64,000 nt of DNA, taken from assembly GCA_002633005.1 (NCBI GenBank), contig NMRA01000519.1, forward strand, positions 26,646 to 90,645, in the 5' to 3' direction. The DNA comes from Phoronis australis. Lineage: Eukaryota; Animalia; Phoronida. Below the pieces are notes generated by a model. That model saw only the letters and a program-made list of their open reading frames with translations, did no database searches and was not told the origin of the DNA. Below, piece by piece: positions 13,874 through 26,000 of the stretch. A program made the position numbers and the translations under genes. Each line of letters begins with the position of its first letter. The first letter of the stretch is position 1.

Positions 13874-13931
13874 GGATTTGGTCAATTGGTGACCGGTGGG
13901 ATTTGGTCAATCGGTGACCGGTGGGATTTGG
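13874..13931. repeat. 25-bp tandem repeat, 2.3 copies
   Basis: ggatttggtcaa(t/c)tggtgaccggtg-like unit at 13874 and 13899; single-copy in the paralog near 18007. Confidence 0.85.
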
Positions 13932-14055
13932 AGTAATGATGGACCTCGGGTGCTAGCAACTTTCGGTGATAATGCGTATACTGTAGACAATTGTACGTTA
14001 TCGTAAATCAGTTCTTCAGCTTATTCCAGCAAAATCTGAATTGACGATAACCGCT

Positions 14056-14726
14056 TTTAGTTTATTAAAATCATTTGCAAACAAATGCACGGAATTCGCC
14101 CACTACATAAACAGTGAATAAAGAATATCACACGGAGTTTCAATTTTTCTTTGTGTTTTGCTGCTGCATCTCCACCTTTCGTCTCAGTTCTTGCCATCTG
14201 TGTAAACCAAAAGCCGTTAATTACAACTCAGACATGGAACACCACCTGACTAATCGACTAGTTCCCTCCTTTTACAGATCGGACCGCCTACAACAGAAAT
14301 GTACTAACATAATGCGCAGCAGGGCAGTAGGTATAACTCGCACATTACATTTTTGCTTTAAAGTTATTGCAATATAGTATTTGTTCAATTAGTAACGTGT
14401 GATCTGCCACTGGGAAAATGACCAGCACGTGGAGGTATTATGTTATCCTTCATTACATGCAGTAATGTCAATCAAGATATGAGAATTTTGAAACACTTGC
14501 CAAACACTAATTTGTACACTTTTTGATAAAAAAGCTTTTTAATAGAGTCAAATCACAAGCCTTTTGACAGGTTGACATTAGTCATGCTCTCGATTATCTG
14601 CGGTTGTTTCTCCATGATATCCATTACCTCCCCTGTCACCTTAGGCACGCCCACTTTGCCATTGCCTCCGCTTACCATGGCAACCTTTTTGACAGATGCC
14701 AGTGGACACGCCAGTTCTGCAACCAT
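14056..14726 (-). pseudogene. Duplicated copy of the last two flotillin-1 exons (pseudo-exons or alternative terminal exon)
   Basis: 14726-14553 encodes [57 protein letters not shown], a paralog of 20651-20487 with an intact AG acceptor but an altered donor. The exon starting at 14197 is a paralog of 20133-20062 with two 1-bp deletions. Confidence 0.85.
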
Positions 14727-17274
14727 CTTTCCAAAAGAAGCTGATGATGAAACATATGGGGAAAGAGGTCCATTCATATGGGAATATTTGACGGACACGA
14801 AGGCTCACTTCGCACGACGTTGAGTTGTGTATGTAAAATAAAGTCGTGGCACATTAACGGATGGTTCAAGGTTGAAGTATAAGCATGTTATTGCAAGAAA
14901 TAAAACATTTGTTCCGATCGCACTTGCATTTATTGCTCTTCTAGTTCATGGCACAAATTGTAATTTTTTCAGTTTACCAACTGAAATACTCAAAGTGAAA
15001 TCAGGAAATTACAATTCATACAGGTCTTTCTCCATGTGTTCTGCAATGCTTAGTCTAGTAAGTACATGTACTTATTAATTTGACTGTTGTAGTCAAAACT
15101 AGTGACTGCAGCAATTTTGGGCGGTTTATTGATAGCACAGAGGAGTTCTGTTAGAGGAACATGAGGCAGATTGTGCCTGAAAGGTCCAATCACAAAATAC
15201 CCCAGTGCCTTTGTTGTGTACCAACAGTTCATTTGCTAAAAAGTTGTATGTTACATCATTTCACAGTTGGTTTATAGCTGCACATGTAATACCGACATCA
15301 CGAAAATCAACAAACTATAAGAGAACACCATGGTGGCAATGATTGGCGGACTTAAAAGTGCGAAAGCTGACACGCTTCTAAAAAACTAGAAGAACCGTAC
15401 ATTTTGTTGCTTGACTACATGTACATGTAATTCTAGTGAAGAAGAAATATGAATTAAGAACGTAAATATTTGTATCAATCATGATTATAAACGTTTAATC
15501 TGTTCAGGTGACATTCTTTGGTGTTGCATGAAAATAGCGGCTTGCGGCATTGATTGGCAGTGGAAAGGCCGTACCTTTACATGTATACTGAGAAGGAAGT
15601 ACTCGTATGAACTGTCACCAAGCCCACAGTTACTTTAATTGTGCTACTTTGAATTCTAGCGCATTTTAAGGTTGTCATTTATTGTACGACAAATTAACAA
15701 AAAAATAAGCAAAACCCCCATTTTATGCATATGCCTGTGTTTAACGTCGTTGTTAGATATTATAAATGTGAAAGCAAAACAAAACAAAAATAATCATTGG
15801 TTTCTTCCAGTTCTGTTCGCTCTTTGCTTTGCCCCAATGGGTAATTCATTCACTGGCATATCTCTTTCGTGAATGCGGATACCGCACACGTGACGCAGGA
15901 TGGGACTAGGGTCATGTGGAAAGCCATTATTCTGGGATATGTTGCTAAAAGTGGAAAAGTTACCAGCATAACACCGTGGCAAAATACACCAGGGAAGTGT
16001 AGAAACATTTTCTCTCCACGCTGTTTCAGCTCTTTGGCGACGTTTTAGCACACAGAACCTTGAAACTGCGTCTTGCATGATGCAAAGCCGTCAACTTACC
16101 AATAGCGTCTTGAAACTGTAATGTACTTGTACTGGGTACCATCAAATCGAAAATATATTACAGTTACACTGTACCTGTATTTAGGCAACATGTCGGTCCG
16201 GCGTTTTTCTGAGAATTTTTCGGGTGATAGTGCATTATTAGAAGTGCGTGCACAGGTATGGTTATTGGCATACTCTTCTTCTGTAAGCTTACTGTAGATT
16301 GGGCTTGAAATAAGAACTGATCGATTGTATGCTCAGCGCTCTGACCGCAAAAGAGGGAATGTTGATCAAGACCGTTGACGTCACACACATGCTGGCGCCC
16401 CTAGTGGAGGTCAACGAACGGAAATCACCAACGACTCGGTGGAAAAACCTGGTTAACCGATTTGTATTCTAGGATGTTGAGTCATTGTTTTGTGTAGAAA
16501 TGTCCGAAAATATAACGATATATAACATCAACTTCACCGAGATATTAGTAAATATATATTATAATGATTATCAGTCATCACTTAGGAGTTGTGAATCACT
16601 TGCCTGCCCGCGAAGCTGAAGGAAGACATTGCCGTGTAGTTTGAGCATCCTCGTCCTCTCAAGGAATGTCTAATCAATATGCTAATGTATTCTAACTGAA
16701 TGTCCTTTTGTTTTGACAGCATGTTTCATGTTGCTCCGCAAGACCTGTTGCTATCGCTATAGCATAAATGAAGGTTAGGCCCCGTGTGCAGTAAAGTGGC
16801 AGATCTACCTATTGGGAAAGGGGGGGGTTAGGATCCGCCCGAATCTGATGGGCGTAGAGCTGAACGGAGGGAAAGTATTTCCCACCTCTAATGTAAGATT
16901 ATTTAGTTTTTAGTAGCTACTTTTGTTTCCTTGGCGACATTTTTTAATTTTTGATTTCGGTCCTTTCCCGATCATAGCTATCAGGTTAGGGGGGTTGAAA
17001 CCCCTGTGCCCCCACCCCGTATATCCGCCTCTTATAAGTAATCGTGCCAAAAGCACGTGTTGTCGTTTAAAATAGACACCGGTGACCTAAAGTCCTGAAT
17101 ACAAGGACAAAAAGCAGCTACTACCCAATGTTCATTGGCAACTGCTCATGTCGTGTCAAGGACTTACATGTATATTAGCCTTCACAAATATACGTATTTT
17201 GTCAATCATAACCGTTGTTTGTCTCCGTAAGCAGAGTTTTGAAACGGTAGCTGATATCGGCAGCCATTTTAAAT

Positions 17275-17872
17275 GAGGCCCTAAAGTCTTAACCGTTCCG
17301 TTTAGACGAAAATGCACGAAGTAATACCACACAAATCAACAACAGTACTTACGGTTACTCTAGACGACATAAAAACGTATTAAAGTGTTTATAAATTCAG
17401 TTTCAATTGAAATATATCGTTACGTGTTTTGCACCCAACTTCAATGTGTCCAGAAGTTTTCAATGAGGTTGTTTACGGGAAACGCTAAGAACCCAGCATC
17501 AATTATCTCTCTGTATTTTATTGTTTTGGGCTTTTAAAACTTGACTGACCCTGGGACATTTTGAAACATTGCTCAAGCTACCCCTAGAGCGCGTGTTTGA
17601 GCAAATCTGAACGATGTATATTTTCGAAAATATATTCTGAAAATGCATAAAAAGGGGATTAGTGAAATATCCTGTTTTTAAGATACATTTGAAAAAGATG
17701 CCACTCACTCACTGTTTATTATCATGATGGGAATATTAACACATCCGGGTATTCGTTTGACGTTCGTAAGCAGACAAACGCTAAAAAACTTCAAAGGGAG
17801 ATGTCGCGAGACCGCGCAGAAGCGAAAATCAGATAGTTCACGACTTAAGGGCACACACGACTTTAGGACCTC
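17275..17872. mobile_element. Putative non-autonomous DNA transposon (about 600 bp, GAG...CTC termini)
   Basis: 14-bp TIR GAGG(C/T)CCTAAAGTC at both ends (13/14 match); no clean TSD. Confidence 0.45.
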
Positions 17873-20004
17873 CAACGTTACACAGCGATGTCTCGTGTGA
17901 TACACTGTAATGGCCTCCAATACATGGAACCATAGATTACTATAGTCTATGATGGATGATGGTTTGATAGATGACGTTCCCTCTCCCCTCGAATGCTATA
18001 TGGTAAGATTGGGTCAAAACCCGTGGTGTTTGGAGTATTTATCAATCTTGGTATCTAGGAATTCCTTCGGTGTATAGATTAATAAAATAGCCTGAAATTT
18101 AAACAAATCCGTTTCTAGAGTGCCTGTGGCTGGAGGTCAGATGATTTTTACCCCCAATTGTATACTGTGTACGGTGTGAATGTTTGCCATATAAACGCAA
18201 AATTACTCCTGCGTGCAAAGCTGCACTTGGTTGTATAGTTACAGTGTACACCACCTTCAGAAGAGGTGGAGATGTAAACTTACTCACATGCAAATATACA
18301 CCTGACGCAAGTAACCGCGACTGTAATAGTAAAGTATGCAGTAACGATCACTCAACTAAAAATTTCGTTTCTTACGGGTAATTATTTTTTCCGATCTCAT
18401 CTCTTCTTAAGGCCTAAAACCACTTACAATTCTCTTTAGATGTCAAAAGGAATATTTTATTGTCATGTATGGTTTGAAATTATAACAAGGTTGCGACTGG
18501 GCTGCTGCTGCAGGGTAAAATTTACGGTGCTGTGGTTCTACTAGATACTGCACTAAGAGTTACAAACACGTTCCCGTTTTTTTTTTTGGTCCAACGTCAG
18601 AATTCCTGACAGAAGTTATACATTTTCGGCACCCGCACCTTCCGGGCCGTCTGCGTACACATACAATCACGGTTTGTCCAATTCCCCGAGGCTGTCAGCC
18701 CCCCTCATGGTATCCTAGATCATCCACTGTATGCACATGTATTGATAACTACATAAGACCGAATCAGTCCACTCTGTAAAAGTTTGATGTTCACTTACAT
18801 GTAAGACGCCGAATTTCCAAAAGCCAGCACCCAGCTTAAACGCTTCTCGGCTAAGTCAATCTTGTATTTAAGCCATTAATAATTATATGAGTATCAGTAA
18901 TCACACACAAAAAGCAATAGTATACGTGTACTGAAACCATGTTGTTGAAACAAAATCCGCGAACAATATTTCGGACACAACTGTTTATATGCGATTTCCA
19001 TCGAGAATACTACTGGACCGACCAATTTACCACATCCGCTATGCCCTCTAGGAATTTTGCTCAACAAGACCTACCAAGCAATCGGCTGTGACTGAAATAA
19101 TTCCAAGAATTGTATACCTGAGAACAGACACTTGCGTTCTTGACTCCATCATGTTATCAAGACTGCGCTTTCAAAATCCTGTACCAATTTATTACAAGTT
19201 TGCTCAAACGGTCAATTACGGTTTTCGCTTATAATACGTTCGAAGAATACTAATTGCGAAACTAGTATACCTTGTAGAAGGATATCTACAATTTGACAAC
19301 TTTCAAACCACTCTCCATCTACGAAAATCCCATTATAAAATTTGTTTTTCCTCCAATCTTTCTAGATACAGTGTGTACTTTCCATTTACGAGATAGTTCC
19401 AAATGACTTTGGGGATCGACACCCGTGTCAAGATTCACGGAATGCATATTGTACATGTAGGTTCTATAAGTACATGCATCTTCATTTTACTATCTGTTGC
19501 TTGTGTCAACATTGAAGTGAAATCTATCGAGCACTGGCATCCAATATTAATTTTGTTTTCACTCGTACAAACGCGATGTAAATTGACAATAATGGGACCA
19601 TGTCTACCCACAGGTGTTAAGGTGCTGCATACATGTACGTGTACTGTACCTGTGTAGACGAGGTTTCCAACTGCAGACTACAAAACAAACGACAGCTTGT
19701 CAGCTCATTTCAGAAGAAGAAACTTCATGCATGTGACGCCTTCTTACTTGTTTCTGACTATGAACGGTTTCATGTATTTGACTTTTTACAAATGACATCA
19801 GACGGGAGTTTTCTTTAAGTTTAAGGAGGAAGTAATTCAGGTTGAATTAAGATACGGCAAGAATAGTAAGTTAGACATAGACCAGCATTGATCTTAGTGA
19901 TTTGCCTTCTGTGCAGTGCTTACTTCAAACTTTACGTTATCGTAATTCAATTCTTCAGCATATTCCAGAAAAAAATACAGTTTTAGATAACAAATTGTCC
20001 CCTT

Positions 20005-20010
20005 TTTATT
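20005..20010 (-). terminator. Polyadenylation signal AATAAA of FLOT1
   Basis: Plus-strand tttatt about 50 nt past the FLOT1 stop; also retained in the duplicate at 14061-14066. Confidence 0.5.
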
Positions 20011-20061
20011 AAAAATCACATACGAATAAATGCAAGCAATTCGCCCTCTACATCAAAAGTA

Positions 20062-23000
20062 TTACACGGGGGTTTCAATTTCTCTTTGTGGTTTGGATGC
20101 TGCAGCTCCACCTTTCGTCTCAGTTCTTGCCATCTGTGTAATCCAAACACGGTTAATTACAAGTCAGACATGGGGTACCACGTGACTAATCGACTAGTTC
20201 CCTCCTTTTACAGATCGGACCGCCTACAACAGAAATGTACTAACATAACAATGCGTAGCAGCGTAGTGTGCATATATATATACTCTTTGGTTTCAAATCT
20301 TTGCAAGATAGTATCGTTTGTTTAATTAGTAACTCGCGATTGGCCACTGGGAAAGGGACCAACACGTGGGGGTAATATGTTTTCAATCATTACATGCAGT
20401 TGTGTCAATCAAGATATGGGAAACACTAGCCAAACACTAATTTGTATAGTTTTGGATATTTTTTTTAATTGAGTCAAATCACAAACCTTTGACAGGTTGA
20501 CGTTAGTCATGCTCTCGATTATCTGTGGTAGTCTCTCCATGACATCCATTACCTCCCCTGTCAACTTAGACACGCCCACTTTGCCATTGCCGCCGCTCAC
20601 CATGGTCACCTTTTTGACGGAAGCCAGTGGACACGCCAGTTCTGCAGCCATCTTTTCAAAAAAGCTAATGATGAAACATACGGGGAAAGAGGCCCATTTA
20701 TATGTGACGAAGGCTCACCTCGCACGACGTTGAGTTGTGTTTGTAAAATAAAGTCGTGGCACATTAACGGATGGTTCATGGTTGAAGTATAAGCATGTCA
20801 TTGGAAGAAATGAAACATTTGTTCCAATCTCATTGCATTTATTGCTCTTCTAGTTCACGACACAATGTGTAATGCATCTTGAATTTCCAAACGTTCAACG
20901 GAGTAAAATCTCTTATGTTCAATTTGATTATAGTTACTAAATAACGTAAATAAGGAAACAACGAGTCAAAAATTTGGAGCCCGGAAAATCAGTGTTTAGA
21001 TATTCAATAGTTCATGTAGCATTATTGGGTATACATGAAGTTAGTGTACATGTAAGTTGCGTTATATGAATTCTGCGTGTATGGAGTCTACGTGGGTGTT
21101 AAACAGACGGTCATTGCTAAATCCTTTGCACTGCGTTTGGTTAAGGAAACTTAGCCCATGATAAAATGCAATATTTGAAGCTGACAGGTTAATACGTCCC
21201 CGCCTGGAAACATTCTCGTTGAGGCACCAATATACATGTATACGTGGGGTTTCACGTCATTGTCGTGTTAATGTACAGGAAGCAGTTAGTCAACAGTAAA
21301 CTGGCTAACCTTGGGAAGAGAGTCCAGAATCATCTCTACCACAGCCGCATCCTTGTATTCCTTAAAAGCGCTAGCCTTCATGGTGAGTTGTTCGGCATCT
21401 GCCTTCCCTTTAGCCTCTATGGCGATTGCTTCAGCTTGACTTCGCATCTGTATTGAAGGGAAGAGAGCAGGGCAAATTTCAGTAATATAAGGTTCACAAA
21501 TGAAGCATGGGAGAGACTTTAATTTCCTGTCGCATTGTGTCTACGATCCCAGTTTTTGAGATTTTGAATCAAGCGACCAGCTAAAACCACTCGAGTTTAA
21601 ATGAAAACCTTACCATAAAACTGTACTAGGGACGTTGAAGTCACTTGTAAAAAATACAACCCTTATTGCATTTTCACGTCTTGTTGAGATTGGAAGTGAA
21701 TAAGTGGTGAACTTGGATAATCTTGCTGGGCAAGTGAATCACATTTCTATCATCCGTATCACTGCCATATATTACTGTTTCCTGATGGTTCTAAGATTGT
21801 CTTTCTCTCGTTTCTCTTACGTACGTTAATGGCGTCAGCTTCAGCCTCGGCTTCAAGTACAACTCGCGTCCTGTGCAATAGGAAATGGAAAGTGTCGTCA
21901 CCATAGGAAAATTTGAAATAACAGTTTTGGAGCAAACTCAGAAAACATAAACCCGCGTTAATAGGCTAGAATGTGAAAGATTTCAGAGTTATTCTCATAT
22001 GACTGATTGCTTGACAAAATGGCTGACATTCGTTTCATAGGACTGATTGTATGGTAAGGTGGCTGACATTCTCTTGATATGACTGCTAGTAAAAGAAAAT
22101 GGCTGAGAATCTAATGATATGACTGAATGTATGACTCGAGGGCTGGGATTTTTGGGCACTCTGAAAATCAATTGCTCTTGTAAAATAGCGGTAATAAAAT
22201 GTATTCCACTGCATTTCCTATACATGTACATGTTCTAGATTTTTAACGGAATTTCGAAAATTTTAATGGATGTAAAGAAGCAAAGGTGGAAAACTGAAGA
22301 CAGCAGTGTGTTATTAATAGTAGAAACAACGACCCATACTCTAATACACTTAAATCACTTGAATTTGTTAAATGTTCCCATCCTCATCCATAAAGCATTG
22401 AAAAAATTAAAAGACATAGGTGTTTAGATCTTACTTTTCGGCGGCAGCGATGGTCTCCAAACGATATTTCTCCGCCTCTGCTGGTTGCTTCACGGTCGAC
22501 TCTAACTCCTTTTCCTTTCTCAAAATTTCCTGTTCTTGCACGAGAATTTGCTGCGCTCGTTCCACCACGACGATTTCCATCTCTTCCTCTTTAATCTTTT
22601 GTTTCGTTGTGGCTGCCTGTGTGTGCAATAAATCTTGTTAGCATTCTAGGTTAGGGTATAATTTTTGTTCTCGAAAATGAACTCTAAAAAACCCTTGTGT
22701 TTTACTCCAATACAGACTCAAAACAGTTATGATGTCGCTTACGTTAGGGTCAACGGGGATAACACGTACTTTCTAAACCTAGTTTGCACATAATCACCTC
22801 CGCAATAAGTATATACTTTAAATATCGTATTCATACATGTACTCGCGTTTGTAGCTCAAATTTAGATGTCACCAACTTAGACTATATGTGCAATATTACC
22901 GGGTGTATTCATAATGTGCATTCAATAACACACTTATCTTAGATCGCATTAAATCAGGGGGGGAATGGCAAACATAATTTCGAGTTTGATTTCAAGTTGA

Positions 23001-26000
23001 AAGATTAGACACCGATGCCGTATTTATCACACAGACATCTCCAGCTTGTACGCACTTCCCAGTGTAGTTTTTTACATGCTGAGTAAACTCGTCAAGCTAA
23101 ACATTGTGAAAAAACTTAAAATATATACGTCCTGTCATGATTGAACATTTTTTCTATTTATCTAAATCCTATCATTTATTCTTAAATAGATCAGCAGTGC
23201 TTGCCTACTGCTACCATGGAGTTTAGTTTTTACTAAATCTGTTGCTTACTTGAAGCTCGTACGCCAGATCCGCTTGTGCCTCTTTTGACCGAATATCTAT
23301 GTTGTACGACGCTTGCATCAGCTCAAAATCTCGCTTTGACTTCGCAATTTCCGTTTCATTGAAGTACTTTGCGGCCATTTCTTGCTCAAGAGCGAGAGAT
23401 TCCTGTATAGAAGAAATATCGTTAAAAGAAGCAATACAATTGTACAGAGAATATCAAGAGCGCTCACCTTTAGGCAACCTAGTAATGGAGGGCGATAGTC
23501 TTGTAAATCTATGGTGGGTCTCGAGCGGCTTTTATCTCGTCATCCCAGGGCCATTTGATTAATTGACCTATCGCAAGTTCCTCCCCCTTTCCTACTGTCG
23601 ACAAATAAGCAATACGTTTTACCCGACAACCTGGTGTTTGTCGGGTAAAATGGCCGCTTGGCAACGAAGGTGTGTCAAGAAGGCTGCGTCCCGATTGGTT
23701 ACTTAAGCCGTCACTCAAAGTGCTGGCGATGGGTCAATTCTCCGGTACCGCAAATTGACATTCGAAATTATTTTTTAATATGTCTCGTTCTACTTTGTGT
23801 CAACCTGTTGTTGTTTACGCATATGCGATTCTAGTACATGATCGCAGATACGAGCAACAAATTCGAGTAAACCCTCAGAGTTCGTATTTACACGCGAACA
23901 TTTACCTTTAGTGCTGGGGTCCATAAGTGCAAACTAGGAACCTACCATCATCCACGTAAATAAGATCGTATTGAATCACAGTATTAAAGGTACTTTTTTG
24001 AATTGGAAAAGTTGCAGAATGGCCAATGTCGAAATGATTTCACGGTCGTTTTCCAGAATGAAAAGAAGGCACTGGACCCATGACTTACAACCTGTCCCAT
24101 ATCGCCTCTCTTCAGTGCATCTTTCTCTACGGTCCTTAAATTTCAGTTGCTTTCCGCTGAGTTAAAATTATTTCAACGTAGAACTAATAGTCGACTGCAT
24201 CCCATTTTCCCGAAAGGTATTTAATACATTCGTCGGCGACATGATGATTTTTAGCACTGAATGACGCATTCATGTCTGATTATATTACTTCCTGACAAGA
24301 ATCACCGGCCGGGACGCGCACAATAAGAGGATGGGGGGCTATATATGCTGCACCGCCCATGGTTACAAGGGTGGCTCATCACAGGGCACTGGGGGGGGGG
24401 TTATATCGCCCACCAATTTCAGTGCTGTGCCGAACATGTTAGACATAGCACTGGGAAGAAAATGGAACTGGATCTGCAAAAATACTGAAGTTGATAGTAA
24501 CCTTGAGGATAGTGATGGTGGGAAGACATACATTTCATTGTAAGAAATGGAATTTGAAACTTTCAACAAATACAGTAAATGGTGGTAGGAGTAGAAAACG
24601 CGACAACGCCGATCACCATGGTAGCAACTGACTGGAGGCGATTACAAGGATATTTGTCCTGACTGTAACTGCAGTAAATACAGATACATCAATGACGGCG
24701 ATGATGACGACATTGCTGTCGTTACAATGATCATGTAGACTGTGGCGTCGAAAAGACAAAAAGTGACACTAGCCACAATGATGCATCTGATCACAACGTC
24801 AGAATATCTCACCTTGATCCCTGCATCCCGTCTGGCCTCAGCTTCGCCTATCCTGGCGGCAGTTTTTACTTCTTCTGTTCGCTTTTTGCCAAGACACTCT
24901 AAGTATCCCTAAAAATGTAATCGGCAGATGCACAGTGCTATTCATAAAAAATACAACGCGAAATCGAAGCCCGTTCCATACATAGACCCGGTAGGAAAAC
25001 ACAAAGTTCTATGTAATGCATATCATCTAAAAAGTGAATGTCCACCCTCCTGGCTACCATGTATGAGTATGAAGGGGCAGTTTCTACCAGGAATGGTTTC
25101 AGCGAAATAATTGCAGATGGGGTGTAGTAAAATTGCAATCACCGACGAATTGTTCTAAAACACCCTCGACCACCATACCCAAGACCCTCTCGACCATCAA
25201 CCCTGCTCGACACACGAACCCCTCGACCCACAACTTGCGGCGATGTAGATGGACATGTACGCTTTTTACACATTTCATGATCATATCACGTAGCTTAGTG
25301 ACTTTCTCACAAGACACGAATCTGTTTTGGCTCAAGTGTGGTGGTTAAAAACAGAAAGTGGCGTAAGAAAATGGTCTGTAATAGCGGAATCTGAGTCGTG
25401 CTATCGCTGTAGCGGAAGTAGTTCAGCGAGCGGCTACCAATGGCCACATTCTAGTAAATTTAGGGAGATTATACGTTAACGTGAATGCACATAACTTCAT
25501 ATATTTATTACATGTAGTTGCTTTCTGTGGTGTACTCGTTTGCAATATACTCTATATAACGTTGAGATACTATTCTAGTTTGTAATTTGTTTTTCAAATT
25601 GCATTTGTTAAGAAATTATATATTCATGGGTTCCTCCCTCTCTCTCCAAAAAAGCTAGAATTTGACATTCACAGAAAACCAGACGAGACGATTACATTTT
25701 GCCGAGAACGACATTTTTAACATCAGTAGGTCATTAATTTGATTTGGTGGCGTTGTTTTTTCTGTTTTTGATTTTCAAACTTGTCGAATCGACTCTTTTA
25801 ATTGAAAAAAACCTGGAAAAGCCAAGCAAGCTCTTGGCAAGATTTGTTGGTTCTGCAAGTCAGCGCTTGTTCTATGTTAGATCGATTTGAGGTTATCTTG
25901 AAATTCCGAAGCAGTGCGATGTTCAGAGGCGATGTTCGGAAGGGCAAAAACGGAAGTTAAAAACGTCACCACAACACGATTGCTGGAGGCAACATTTACA

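Larger units (their letters stand above)
13795..14955. repeat. Local segmental duplication of the FLOT1 3' end (paralog: 17900-18075 plus 19930-20870)
   Basis: Shared blocks such as tacgttatcgtaa, ctaatcgactagttccctccttttacagatcggaccgcctacaacagaaatgtactaacata and gtaaaataaagtcgtggcacattaacggatggttca. Confidence 0.9.

Noticed and set aside
14572-14823. Plus-strand ORFs 14572-14823 and 20497-20733 conserved in two copies
   Set aside because: They are antisense shadows of the duplicated flotillin exon.
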